From Selaginella moellendorffii (taxonomy: Eukaryota; Plantae; Lycopodiophyta): DNA of 64,000 nt. Shown one piece after another: positions 41,144-53,417 of this stretch (position 1 is the first letter of the stretch; each line of letters opens with the position of its first letter). Position numbers and translations under genes: made by a program. The stretch spans positions 203,380-267,379 of the forward strand of contig NW_003314371.1 of the NCBI RefSeq assembly GCF_000143415.4, written 5' to 3'. Below the pieces are notes generated by a model. The model was not told the DNA's origin. It did no database searches and saw only the letters and a list, made by a program, of their open reading frames with translations.

Positions 41144-42478
41144 GGATATAAAACTTCAGCTTCTTCCCGGAGGCTCTCTCTTTCGGATGGATACGGAAGC
41201 TCCATTCCCATATCTTCGAGGCCGCGCGGCTCGAGATCCAGGAGAGGCCGTGAGAGGGAAAAGGTGGCGCAGGGGGAAAGGCTTTGAAAGCTTTGTGCTT
41301 TGAGAGAGGGGGAGGGAGATATTCTCTCCCACACGCCAAGCAAAGCAAGGCAAAGCAACGCAAGGCAAGGCGAGCAGAAAGAAGCTTTTTTGTCACTCGG
41401 GCTGTGAAGAGGGCAACGAAGCCAGGCTAAAGTGAGGTTGAGTACAAAGCTTGGAACAAACAAGGTGACAAAAGCAGCCGAGATTCCTGCCAGGGACGGG
41501 GCTTGCATGCGCGGACCTGGCGATTTTTCTGCGGTGGGATCCTCCTCTCTACTACTGGACGAATTCGAAGAGCTCTGGATCAAAAGCAGGAAGAGATGGA
41601 GCGATGGAGGAACGAAAAAAGTGACAGGCAAGCTGGCTGGCTCTGGCTATGGAGGAGGGGGGCCATTTTCGTTTGTTTGTTTCGTAGCTTTAGTGGTGGT
41701 ACTACACACTCTCGAACTCACTCATGCTAACCCCATTCATCGTTTTCAGCTGATCTGAGCGGAGGTTTTTCTGTTTTTTTTTTTGCTGTTCTTCTCATTC
41801 TCTTCTCTTCTCTTCTTGGGGATTTGGTGCTGCTAGCGACGGGAGCTCTCGCTCGATCTCTAACACCATTCGTTACCGAGTGGCCGCGGTGGGGCTGGTT
41901 GTACAGTGGAAGATTACAATGTGGTTTTTGCCAAGCTCTGGATCATGGGAATAAAACGAAAGTTTTTGCAAAAAGACCAATCTCTTTCTCTTGTCTCTTT
42001 CTTTGTGTTTTTGTTTTGAGCTTCAAGTTGGGCGATGCCGCCGTAGATCTGGAGGGCGGGACGACACCGACTTGATGTGCACATTGCGGAAGAACAGAGA
42101 ACGGAAAAGCAAGGAGGGGTACTTTTGTTTGGAGAGCATCTCGTGGAGGTTGTGAAAAAGATGGCGAAGAAGTGGGGTTTCTATGCTAGCCTACCACTGT
42201 CGCTGCGAAATCAAAGTGGTCACATCCCAAGTTGCACTGATTTTCTATGAGAAGTTTCTCATTGAATTGGATTCAACTTGGCGATGCAATAATTCTTATA
42301 AACCGAAAAAGCCAAAGCAGTTGACGAAGTTGACGCTGGCATAAAAGGTGAAAGAAATTCTAAAAAAGTTAACAGTCAAAGAAAGTCAAAAACCATTATA
42401 GAACATTTTCCTTACGTTAAGAACTAGGGCACAGCATGTGGAGAAGAAAAATGTTGGTGAAAGCGAACTCTTTAGGGA

Positions 42479-44068
42479 ATGGACCAATGCATCAAGCTTA
42501 TCAGATCGTGTGGGTCGCTTGCGGAGGCGGAGGATGCCCACTCGCGAGTCTCCCACCTCCGGGAGATCACTGCATCCAAATCGCTCCTCCTCTCCAACAT
42601 GATGATCCAGGCTTACGCGCGGTGTGGCAGCTTGGATCGCGCTCGCCGGGTCTTCGATTCCATCCCTGCAGCGTCCAGAGATCGCTACTCCTGGGGACTC
42701 ATGCTCTCTGCCTATGCCCAGAGCGGCAAACTCGACCAGGCGCGGCAGCTGTTCGTGGCCATGCCGGAGTGGAACCTGGCGGCCGTGAATGCGATGCTCT
42801 CGGTGCTTGCCCGGCTCGGGCAACTGGACGAGGCTAAGAGCCTGTTTGATTCAACGCCGGAGACCGACGAGATCACTTGGACTAGCATACTCTCAGCTCA
42901 CTCGCGCAGCAACGATATCGAAAACGCAAGGAAACTCTTTGAAGCTATGCCGGAGTGGAGCTTAGTTTCGTGCAATGCTATCCTCGCAGCATTTGCCGCG
43001 AGTGGGTATTTGTCTAAAGCGAAAGCTGTTCTAAGCGAGATGAAAGAAATAAATCTAGTGTCGCTTAACACAGTACTTAATGCGTACTCTAAGCACGGAT
43101 TACTTGCTCAAGCTAGAACCTTCTTTGAGAATATGCCGGAGCATAATCTTGTTTCTTGGAACTCACTACTCACTGTATATACCCAGAAGGGGCAAATTTC
43201 CCAAGCGATGGATCTCTTCGATCAAATGCCGGAGCTGGATCTCCTGGCCTCGACCTCCATTCTATCCGCTCACGCCCAAGCCGGAAACCTCTATCAAGCA
43301 AAATATCTCTTTGATTCAATGCCCGCCAGGGACGTGGTTGCATGGTCTGCTATCCTAGCAGCCTATGCCAACGCCGGCGATCTCCAAGAATCCCTCTCGA
43401 TCTTCGGCCAGATGCCCGAGCACGATCGCTTCTCCTGGACCTCGCTCCTCATCGTGCTCGCCCACAACGGATTCGTCCACGAGACGAAACAGCTCTTCGA
43501 CTCCATGCCAGAGCGCGACGCCGTGTGCTGGAACGTGATGATCGCGGCGCTGGGGCGCAAGGGCCTGCTGGACCGCGCGCGCCAGGCGCTGGATCGAATG
43601 CCCGATCCAAGCCTCGCGGCCTGGAACGCGATGGCAGTGTCGTGCGCGCAGCATGGCGCCCACGACCGCGCCGCGCGGATCGTCTCCTCCATCGCCATGC
43701 AAGGCCTCGAGCCCGACGACATGTCCTTCATCTGCGTCATGCTCGGGATCACGCACCGCGGCGACGCGAGCTCCGGCATCCATCTCTTTCGATCGATCGC
43801 CCAGGACTTTGGGCTGGATCCTCCCAGCAAGCAGCTCCACTGCTGCGTGATCGATCTGCTGGGACGGGCGGGGCGGCTGGACGAGGCCGAGGAAGTGATC
43901 CACAGCATGCCGTTTGAGCCCGAGTTCCAGGACTGGCAGTGCTTGCTCGCGGCTTGCAAGAGCCACAGGGACGACGATCGAGCGGCACGCATTGCAAAGT
44001 ATCAGTCCTCGAGCCGCGCGTCCATCGCGAATGCCGCGCCATATCTCATCGTCGCGAGCATGGCTTAG
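42479..44068 (+). CDS. PLS-class PPR protein with E-like C-terminus (no DYW)
   Basis: Intronless 529-aa ORF of tandem PPR repeats; LHCCVIDLLGRAGRLDEAEEVIHSMPFEP...W..LLAAC. Confidence 0.93.
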   Translation: MDQCIKLIRSCGSLAEAEDAHSRVSHLREITASKSLLLSNMMIQAYARCGSLDRARRVFDSIPAASRDRYSWGLMLSAYAQSGKLDQARQLFVAMPEWNLAAVNAMLSVLARLGQLDEAKSLFDSTPETDEITWTSILSAHSRSNDIENARKLFEAMPEWSLVSCNAILAAFAASGYLSKAKAVLSEMKEINLVSLNTVLNAYSKHGLLAQARTFFENMPEHNLVSWNSLLTVYTQKGQISQAMDLFDQMPELDLLASTSILSAHAQAGNLYQAKYLFDSMPARDVVAWSAILAAYANAGDLQESLSIFGQMPEHDRFSWTSLLIVLAHNGFVHETKQLFDSMPERDAVCWNVMIAALGRKGLLDRARQALDRMPDPSLAAWNAMAVSCAQHGAHDRAARIVSSIAMQGLEPDDMSFICVMLGITHRGDASSGIHLFRSIAQDFGLDPPSKQLHCCVIDLLGRAGRLDEAEEVIHSMPFEPEFQDWQCLLAACKSHRDDDRAARIAKYQSSSRASIANAAPYLIVASMA

Positions 44069-44153
44069 AGGTTTCTTGGCTGGACGAAAGTTGGCAACTT
44101 ATCAAGCTTTGGAGCTTCTATCTTGCGTGACAATTCAATCGTGCATAAACATC

Positions 44154-44700
44154 GGCACTTTGGCCGCGCGATCCAGGTATCATGGAAAAGTTGGCACGTC
44201 AAGCTTGGACTTCTCAAGGAAAGATCTTCTGTGACCATTCAATCTTGCGTGGGAATACATCTTGAGAAGTACTCTAGAATATTATAGATATCAGACTTTG
44301 GCCGCGCGCGATGGAGCGTTTCATCTGGCTGGAATTTTGGGAACTTCTAAAGGAAAGATCTTCTGTGACCATTCAATCTTGCATAGAAATGCATCTTGCC
44401 AAGCACTCTAGAATATTATAGATATCACGGGCCATGGAGCATTTCATCTGGCTGGAATTTTGGGAATTTCTAAAGGAAAGATCTCTGTGACGATCTTGCA
44501 TATCTTGCATGAGAAGTACTCTAGAAATCAGTGGCCACTTTGGCCGCGCAATGGACCATTTCATCTGTAAAGTTGGCTGGAATCTTTGGAACTAATGAAG
44601 GACAGATCTTCTGTGACGATCTTGCATAAAAATACATCTTGCATGGAAGTACTCTAGAATAATTACAGATACAGTGGCCACTTTGGCCACGCGAAACTTT
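44154..44700. repeat. Degenerate tandem repeat, ~110-145-bp unit, about 4 copies
   Basis: Recurring actttggccgcgc, aaggaaagatcttctgtgac, aatcttgc and tactctagaatattatagata blocks. Confidence 0.85.
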
Positions 44701-44755
44701 CCATGGGGCTTTTCATCCACTGCCGGATGAAAGAACCATGATCCAGTCATTCTCG

Positions 44756-46090
44756 TCAGAAGGAATTCATCTCCAGCAAGTAAGTCCGGCGCCTCGCAAG
44801 CAGGCAAGCGGCGGTCTTGAACGGCTCCCCGAAAGCTCGAGCTATGAAACCATCGTCCTCCTTGGTGGTCGGCCGCTCGCTCGGCCGAATGGCCACCAGC
44901 GTCACGCCTTTCATGGAGCAGCCATTGGGGAGGCTCAAGCTCGGCGCGTACCAGAGCTTCATGTTGAGATCCGGTACCTGCGTCCTGCTCGACGACGCGG
45001 ACGCCGCCACCGGCTTGTCCCTGAAGTCGTGGAGCTGCCGCTTGCTCATGCACAGCAGCCCCTGATCGTCCGCGTCCGTGAGAACCAGCGTCTCCAGCGT
45101 GAGATGATCCGAGATGATCTGCTGGAGCAAGTAGTGCCGCGCTGAGGCAGCGATGAGCGAGCTGATCGTCCACACCACCCGCTTCTTCAAGCCCCCGTCG
45201 GTGTAGAACGAGTCCGGGATGCATCCGCCATCGCCACCCTCCTCGGGCTCCTCGAGCTCCTTCGCCGCTGGCCACTTTCCATCGGCCTCCACCATGGACG
45301 CGGCCCCGAGAATGACGCAGCTCTCCAGCGTGCTCCCAAACTCGGCCTTCCACTTGAGCAGCACCCCTTCCTCGATCCCGAGCTCGCCACCGGGGAGCTC
45401 GATCCTCAAGTGGCGGATCACCTTGAAGCTCTTGAGCACCTCGCTGGGGGAATGGTGCGAGACCTCGGCCAGGACGGCGCTCTTCCTCGGCCCCAGGAAG
45501 TGCTGGAGGAGCTGGAGCGGCCTCACGAAGCTCCCGAAGACCAATCGCATCAGCTGGCCCAGGAAGCCTTTGCTCTTGCCGCTCAAGTTGCAGTCCTCGC
45601 CCGAGATCACGCAGTCGACCTTGACGGTCACGTCCTCGACGTGGGCGGCCAGCGCCTGGAATCGCTTGGAAACGGCGCAGCACCTCCCCAGCACCTTGAT
45701 ATCGCCCACCTTGTTGAGGATCAGCACGAGGAGCGAGTCGGGCAGCTGGTCGAAGCAATCCGTACCGCAAAACCCTGGAGAGCCCTCTCCTTCGCTGTCC
45801 GAGCTGGGATTCACCGCCTCCCACCATCCATCCTCCTCCGAGTCGAGCATCGCGGCGAACATCGCTGGGCCGCAGCGTAAACCTGGCCAATCCGCGCGGC
45901 GGCGATAGGCGGCTTGTTCTATCGCCGCCGCCTCCGCATTCCCGGATTCTAGGAGCCGCCTTACCGCAAGATCGCGTTGGAGATCGAGCGCGCTTTCCCT
46001 AGCCGCCGCGCGCCACTGCTCCGTGGTTAGCCCTAGCCCGAGGGGACCTCGGTTCCACTGACAGAGCTCGTACACCCCAGCACCGTACAT
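44756..46090 (-). CDS. F-box protein (AUF1/At5g46170-like family), intronless; true start uncertain
   Basis: FDQLPDSLLVLILNKVGDIKVLGRCCAVSKRF; LLKWKAEFGSTLESCVILGA; GGLKKRVVWTISSLIAASARHYLL; C-terminal TYLLEMNSF. Confidence 0.9.
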   Translation of the reverse strand: MYGAGVYELCQWNRGPLGLGLTTEQWRAAARESALDLQRDLAVRRLLESGNAEAAAIEQAAYRRRADWPGLRCGPAMFAAMLDSEEDGWWEAVNPSSDSEGEGSPGFCGTDCFDQLPDSLLVLILNKVGDIKVLGRCCAVSKRFQALAAHVEDVTVKVDCVISGEDCNLSGKSKGFLGQLMRLVFGSFVRPLQLLQHFLGPRKSAVLAEVSHHSPSEVLKSFKVIRHLRIELPGGELGIEEGVLLKWKAEFGSTLESCVILGAASMVEADGKWPAAKELEEPEEGGDGGCIPDSFYTDGGLKKRVVWTISSLIAASARHYLLQQIISDHLTLETLVLTDADDQGLLCMSKRQLHDFRDKPVAASASSSRTQVPDLNMKLWYAPSLSLPNGCSMKGVTLVAIRPSERPTTKEDDGFIARAFGEPFKTAACLLARRRTYLLEMNSF

Positions 46091-47568
46091 AGAAAGCCGT
46101 TAGGCATCTGTCTAGCTAACGGATCTTTCTAGGCCGACGGCTCGGATACCGCCACGTCAGTCACATTCTCTCTAGATATTTCTTTTTTCCAACTAACGGC
46201 TACCTCAAGTTTTTTAGGGCATGCGCACAGTTTAGAATTAAAGTGAAATCATAGAAAATCTTCGTTCTTTTCGGATCACAAGTGGATTGCCGCTGTCTCT
46301 TTCGATTCTCGATTCTATAATCACAAGTAAAACCCTTTGGAAGATCTGGATAGAGTAGCAAACGCTCAACTAGGAGCCAGTGGAAAAAATCCCTGCTCCT
46401 CCAAAATCCACCCATTGAGCTCGAATCTCCACGCGCCCACATTTTTCCTTGCAAGATCCTGACCCCCGGATCTCTTCCAAGCGATTTCTTTATCTAGGGG
46501 ATCTAGCAAGGGCCCTTGTAGTTTCAACGCTCCAATCCAAAAGATCAAACTCCTCCCGCCACGAAAGTGGTCCCTAGAGCTAGGGCTCCACGATGACGGA
46601 ATGTTCCAAAACCCTAATTCCTTGTCACAACGCTGCTGCGATCCATCCATGCCAGGAGACAAAGGAGGATTTGTCCAGGCCTTTGGGGCTGACGAAGGGC
46701 GGCGATCATCCCCACAATGGGGAGGGGATGGATGAGAAGAGAATTTTTCCAACCACCAAATGTCGCGATACCTTTCCCTTGCCACAAGCTGGCAGCCTTG
46801 TCGGCATGCGTGTTTAGCTGGCTTGTCTTTGTCCCATTGCTTACCAAGGCCAGCCATATCCATGGGCCGCGTAATGTGGATGCCAGCCCTAATCCGGCGC
46901 ATATTCTCCGGACGTGAATCATAAGATAATAGAATATGCGCTTGATGCCAGATGGGCATACACATGGGTGGGGGGTCATGGGTACGGCCGGCAAAGGTGC
47001 TTGGGTCCCACGTATGGCTGGACGCCATGTGGCCGCACACGCGACATGCGTCATGCGGGGCGGGTCATTCCATTCTCCCCCACCATGTGCGTGGGTGGCA
47101 TGGCCATGGCCATGGCCATGCGCATGCACGCCATTGGCTGGCATTGGCGGCGGGGCCCGTTGGCCACCTCATGCCACCCTTGCCAAGAAGAAAAGAACGG
47201 GCGGAATGGTAAAAACAGACAGGCCAAGGAGTGGAGAGGATGGGTAAAAAGTGGAATAAAATAACAGACAGGCGCTGTGGAGGATCCGAGGTAAATAACG
47301 CCGCCGTAAATTTGGAGGCTGCATTGGCTATGAAAATGAATGAACAAGGGGTTGCAGCATTGAAGAACAGGGACAGCGCCGAGGAATAGCCGACGACGAA
47401 ACTCCTCCAAGAGATTTTGGATTCGATCGATCGGGGATCAAGGGCGAGAGTGGGGATTTCTTCTCCTCAACCCTCTCAATTGGGAGCTTAATTTGCAGTG
47501 TAGTGTGAGTTTGTGAGAGCGTGGAGAGTGTGAGAGAGTGTGTGGGGAGGGAATATAGTCAATCATAG

Positions 47569-49504
47569 ATGGCGGCAGAGGACGTAACAGAGGTCACTAA
47601 ATCGCCAGAGCCTGTCGCTCCTGCCGAGGAGCCTGTGAAGGAATCGTCTCCTCCGGAAGCTCCGGCTCCAGCTCCTCCAGCGCCAGCAGGGGAGGCGGTG
47701 GCCAAGGAGGGAGAGGAAGCTCCAGCCAAGGAAGGAGGAGAGGAGGCTCCAGCCAAGGAGGAGGGCGGCGATGTAGCGGCGGCCAAGCCGGCAGCGCCAC
47801 CCAAGCCGCCCAAGCCCACCAAGGAGGAGCTGGAGAAGAAAGCTCTCGAGGAATTCAAGCTCAAGGTGGCCGAGGCGATCAAGGCCAACGCTTTCGTGCC
47901 GCCTCCTCCGCCACCACCGCCCAAGGAAGAGCCCGCCAAGGAGGAGGAGCCCAAGGAAGGAGTTGCCAAGGAGGAGGAGCCCAAGGACGCCGCCGCCGCC
48001 GCCACCACGGAGGTGGCGGAGACGAAGAAGCTGGATGAGGAAGCCGCGGAAGAGAAAGCTCCCGAGGAGCCTGCGCCAGCGCCAGCGGCGGTGGAATCGA
48101 GCGAGAAAGCGGTAGAGCCGGCGGTAGAGCCAGTGGCGGCACCACCAGCGGCGGAGGAGAAGATCGAGGAGGAGCCCAAGGCGGCGGAGGAGCCGGAGAC
48201 GCCGCCCGAGGACGTGTTCCTGTGGGGGATCCCGCTGCTCCACACCGAGGGCGACGAGCGCACGGACGTGATCCTGGGCAAGTTCCTCAAGGCGCGCGAC
48301 TTCAAGGTCTCGCAGGCGCTGGCGATGCTCAAGAACTGCGTGCTGTGGCGCAAGAGCTTCAAGGCGGACGAGATCCTGGACGAGGAGCTGGGCGCCGACT
48401 TCGATGGCATGGCATTCATGTTTGGCGAGGACAAGGAGGGGCACCCGGTGTGCTACAACGTGTTTGGCGTCCTCCAGGACAAGGATCTCTACTCCAAGGT
48501 GTTTGGCGACGACGCCGCCAGGTTCCTGCGCTGGAGGGTCCAGCTCCAGGAGAAGGGCGTCAAGATGCTCAAGCTGGAGCCGAGCACGCCCAATGCGCTG
48601 CTCCAGGTGATCGATCTCAAGAACGCGCCATGGCCGGCTAAGAAGGTGCGCAGTGTTCTTCTCAAGGCGATCAGCCTCCTCCAGGACAATTACCCCGAGC
48701 TGGTCATCAAGAATGTGAGTATCATCCTCTTCCTCGCAAGATCTCTGTTTGCTCACTCAATTTGGCCGATCGATCGATCGATCGATCTCGCAGGTGTTCA
48801 TCAATGTTCCATGGTACTACAGCGCCGTCTTCTCGCTGCTCAGCCCCTTCCTCACGCAGCACCAGAAGAACAAATTCGTGGTCACGCGGCTGGGCAAATC
48901 GACCGAGGCATTGTTCAAGTAAGTTCCTCTCTCTCACTCGATGCGAGTTCTCCGGGATTGATCTGGAATTTCTGGATTGGAATCCAGGCTGATCTCGCCG
49001 GAGAAGGTCCCCATCCAGTACGGTGGATTGGGCAGGGCCGGGGACGACGAGTTCTCGGGCGCCGACGCACCTGTCACGGAGCTACCAATCAAAGCCGGGG
49101 AGAAGAAGACGGTCGAGCTGGCAGTAACCACGGTGAGTACCACGGTTCACCGCATATGCGTGGAATATTCCCCCAGCGCGAATATTCACCTGCGGGGTTT
49201 GGAATATTCGTCCGGATTTGAAAAATCTCACCCTTTGTTTTTCTAACAGGGCGGATCAAGCATCACTTGGGACTTGGTGGTGGTGGGGAGCGAGGTGAGC
49301 TATGGCGCCGAGTTCCAACCGGATCAGGAGGGCGGCTACACGACGATCATCGAGAAGACGAAGAAGATCTCGGCGCAATTAGAGGAGCCCATCCGGAACT
49401 CGTTCAAGGCGTCGGAGCCCGGCAAGGTGGTCCTCTCCATCGACAACTCCTTGTCCAAGAAGAAGAAATCGGTGGTCTACAGGCACATTGTCAAGGCTGC
49501 GTGA
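47569..49504 (+). CDS. PATL: Patellin (Sec14/CRAL-TRIO plus GOLD domain), 4 exons
   Basis: E/K/P/A-rich N-terminus; LWGIPLL..DERTDVILGKFLKARDFKV; GHPVCYNVFG; LLQDNYPELV; FINVPW; GOLD exon EPGKVVLSIDN..KKK.VVYR. Confidence 0.94.
49152..49209. promoter_or_regulatory. Cluster of four P1BS (GNATATNC) elements in the last patellin intron
   Basis: gcatatgc 49152, gaatattc 49163, gaatattc 49180, gaatattc 49202. Confidence 0.65.
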
Positions 49505-52074
49505 GTGGCAACAGCAATCGGAACAGCGATAACACTCGAGGGCGGGCGGACGATTTTAGTTTACCAGCGTACAGATCGGATCTTGCGGGAGTTTTTGGGG
49601 CTTTCTTCTCTCCTTTCTCACTCTCTCACTCTTCTTTCTCTTCTCATCATCTCTTCTCGATCCTCCTTCCTTCCTTCTTCAAAAGCGTTTGAGACTGGTA
49701 CTCTTATGTACAGCAGGGATCAAGCTGGTTGTGTGAATGTCTTACTTAGAGAATTCTTTGGTTGAATGATAATGGACAGATTATAACTTTTCTTCTCTTC
49801 GTGCTTCCCGTTCGCTGCCACGCCAAGCAACAGCGTCATTGCCCAAAGCTTGGAAGATTCGGTTGGAGGCACATTGAATTCGTGACTGGCTGGCTGCTTC
49901 GCTGCGGGCCAAGAGCGCGAGAGTGCGCGTGTGATCGCTGGCCGGTAGGATGGTGTGCCTCGCTGTTCTGCTGGCTTTCTTGGTGTCCTTGACAAATAAA
50001 TTTGCTGCTGGCGGCACGACCCAAGGCACGAACTTGCAGCCAGAGTTTTTAAATTTGCTTCTTCGCTGGTGTCTCGTTCGATTGATTGCTATGGCTGGTG
50101 CTGGAGGCGATCCTGGTCCTGCGATCAAGATCCACTCATTCATTCATTCATTCATGTGCGTGTTTGTGGGCGTGTTTTTGGCGCAGGCATCTGGTGTTTT
50201 GTGTGTCCCCCCTTCACCTCTTTAAGAAGCTGTGGAAGTTGGGGGCGGTTTGGTCAGCAACAAGAGCAGCAGGGAGGCAGGGCAGTGGTGCTGCAGTCCA
50301 AGTCTATCCATGTCTCTTCCAGGATCTCCACTCCAGTTCCCAGCCTATAGGTGGTGGAAGCGGCTAAGGCAACAGTGAGTCCATGTGCGTTTATGGCGCT
50401 TGCTTGCTTGCTTGCTTGCCTGCCTGCTTGTCGTCCTCTCCTCTCGCCAGTTTGAACACTGGAATTCGCGCTCGTGGTTAAAAAGTCATTTTTAAGAGTG
50501 GTGATCTGGGTGGCATCACAATCTACAGTGCTGTGGGCCACCTTTCAACTCTCATTTGAACTTGTTTAGACCTTTCTAAAAACTTTAATTTATTCTTTCT
50601 CAAATTGCGTTATTTAATTTTTCTCCTAAAGTTTTTGTGATAAGTAATATCTATATTTTAATACAAGAGCATCACTTCTAAATTTAGTTTATATATAAAT
50701 ATTTTCTTAAAATGTATAGTTTTTTACTATTAATGTTTTCTAAGCTAAGCATGTAACACATTAAAAGTGAATATAAATTCTTGAAGCAATTTGGAGTGTA
50801 TGTGTAGGATGAAATGTAAAGATTATGAGACAAAAAATTGGTTTTCTTGCAAATTAAATTCAGATGATAAGCTGATACACAGAGCTGCTCATAATGTCAA
50901 GTACGGTAAGCTTGATGAAGATTGATTTCTCATCCAAAATCTATTAAACCCACTGCAGGAAAAAGAGTATTTTTTACACTTACTCATTTCCTTCAGCTTT
51001 TATCCACTCATCATTTTGTTGTTCCTACTCAGCTATAGTTTCCATGGTTCTTCTCGGTGCAATTTATTTGTTTCACAAAGGACTTATGGTGTCTTCACCA
51101 ATGTCAATTTCTTCAACAAAAAAGAATCTGCATTGGGTGCTTTTCAACTTTGACAATCCTGCCCACTGGGAAAAACTAGTTGCTGGCAAGACTGTGATAA
51201 AAAAAATTCGAACATTGCACCTAGACTTATATGAGTCAAGGCTCAGTGTTATAGTTGCAGAACAAATATCTCACCTGGAATTCTACGTGTCAAGGCTGGG
51301 TGTTATAGTTCTCAATCAACACCCTCACATCACAATCCATATGCCCTTAAACCATGATATAATTCATGCACGAAGGTGGTCTTGTCAGGATGGCCACTGT
51401 GGTGCCTTGGTTTGGCAAACCATTTTGATTTGTTCAAAAAGTCCTGTAAGTTTTATTGGAGGAGCCCTCTGAACACGTTCCATATTATAGTAGGATAGTG
51501 GAGTTTGCAAAACCAGTGCATGGAACTCTATGCCTCGTTTCATGTGGCAGCGGCTTTGATGATAGTGACCAGTTTGTGGTCTTGGAGCTGCATGGCGGAG
51601 AGTGAAGGATCTGGTGCTTGTGGTATGTGAATTGCTGGCCAAGCAAGGGTTCAAGCAGCATCCAGGCTGTATTGCAACGACGATTAACCCTTCATCTGTG
51701 AGTTCTTGGCGTGTGTGTGTGTGTGTGTAAGAGAGAGAGTTTGGAGTGTAATTCTAAAATCATAGAAAATTTGCTCAGCATAAAGTGTTTAGTTGGTAAA
51801 GTGTTTTTGATTTATATATTATCTCATCACAATTGACGCATTGTTTAGTAAGAATGGAATTAAGGGAGCTAGAAATGCCATTTTGATTCTTGCCCAAACA
51901 TGCATATCACATGTTTCAAATTTCTTTTCTCTCTCACAACACTGTGCGAGACAATAAAATTTTATTAAAATATTTCAGTAAAACATAGTTAAAGAAATGA
52001 CAATTACCCCTCCATCCGACGGCTGGCATTGGCTGGATCTATATTATTATAGATAAGTTGCCAGTAACAAGCTC

Positions 52075-52955
52075 CATCCGAGACTGACCAGGATCTGTTG
52101 GGGACGCCTTGGCCAGTGATGCCCGGCGAGGAGTATGTAGACAAGGCCGTGGAGGTTTTCCGCGTTCCTGGCCATCACTTGTGCCTCCGACTCCACTATG
52201 GCGCGAATGCATCCAGCACCCGTTTGTCGCTCGTCCAGTGCTCCGGCTGCATGCCAGGTACTCTGCGTCGGATGAGTGCGCGGAGAGGATCTCAATGGTT
52301 GTCATCAGCTTCGGCTTTGGCGGAGAAGGATGAGAGGTAGAATTTCTCCCCATTTCTTTGCAGCTGTTTATATTCTTCTGTGTCTTCGTCAGGATTGAGC
52401 TTGTGAGCAATGGTCGGCCTGTTCACTGGGAATCTAGCGTATGCGCACTGGCCAAAGTTATGGTGGTACGATGGGATCCAAATCATGGTGGTGAGGGCCT
52501 CGATCAAGTTTGCTTTTGTTTTCATGTCTGTCCATCCAACTTTCTTGTCTGCGTGACCAACACTCACGATTTCTTGCCACCATGCCTGGAGTTCAGTGCC
52601 ATCCCGGACTGAAGCATGTAGAAAGTGTCTGCGTAGTCTGTCACCCATTGCTTCAATGCACTCCAGATGTTCAGTCCATCCACTGCATAAGAGTTTCAAG
52701 CTAGAAATCCCCTTTCCTGGCGATCAAGTCAACTGGAAGTCCCTCTTGGTCGAATCTCCACAGCGATCCATAGATGACAGCACTCAGTTCTATGGAGTAC
52801 TTTCCCGTCGTGATGATTCCTGATGCATTGATCAGTGCTTGGCGAGCTTTGAAATTGAAGTGCGGAATCAGCAGGAGGTAGATTGGATGAAGAATGCTCA
52901 GCTGCCTGTGCGTAGCAATTTTAAACGGTTCCATGACGGCATGCATCCTCAGCCT
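52075..52955 (-). pseudogene. LOX: Lipoxygenase C-terminal half, pseudogene
   Basis: [31 protein letters not shown]; [12 protein letters not shown]; ELQAWWQEIVSVGHADKK; NFGQ.AY; IEILSAHSSDAEYL. Frameshifts and deletions, including part of the HAAVNFG iron-ligand motif; no 5' half. Confidence 0.88.
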
Positions 52956-53417
52956 GGATGAGAGCGATCAGGTACGCATTGCTATATATTTTTTATATAA
53001 TTCTTGGATTCCTCGGGTTTTTTTACTTGATTTAATGGCAGCACGTGGAGAACAAACACTTTGCGTCGGTACGAGCTTTGTCTTTCTTTCCTTTTTATTT
53101 CTTTCGTTTTCGGTTTTTGAGGAGTGGCTCCAAGCGATTCCTACCTGGTGGCGAAGTTCCAGCGGTCCAGACTCCCAGTTCTAAACGAAACCTGAACACT
53201 GTCAATTTGTGATGTGTACAATGGAAAAATCCGAATCATGATCATCTTCAGCTAGGCCTTGTTGATAAAATATGGTGTTGGCCAGTCTTAGCCAATTTTC
53301 TTGACCGCCATTGTTCTCAACCATTATTTCTTAGGGATTGCTAGACTAATTTATCAAAGTTAAGCATATGCAACCATAGTTCATAGAGAGGAAACAAATA
53401 TAGAACAAGAGCTTTGC

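Noticed and set aside
41089-41631. Small secreted-peptide gene antisense to the DUF632 3' end
   Set aside because: No CLE, RTFL or other recognisable peptide motif; looks like UTR with simple repeats.
44154-44700. CRISPR-like array
   Set aside because: Eukaryotic context; whole units are homologous with no unique spacers and no cas genes.
46950-47170. CATG/GGCC-rich palindromic patch as a MITE or RY-element cluster
   Set aside because: Short low-complexity palindromes only; no terminal inverted repeats or second copy in the window.
49760-50450. IPS1-like target mimic or miRNA downstream of the P1BS cluster
   Set aside because: No miR399-complementary motif or clear fold-back seen.
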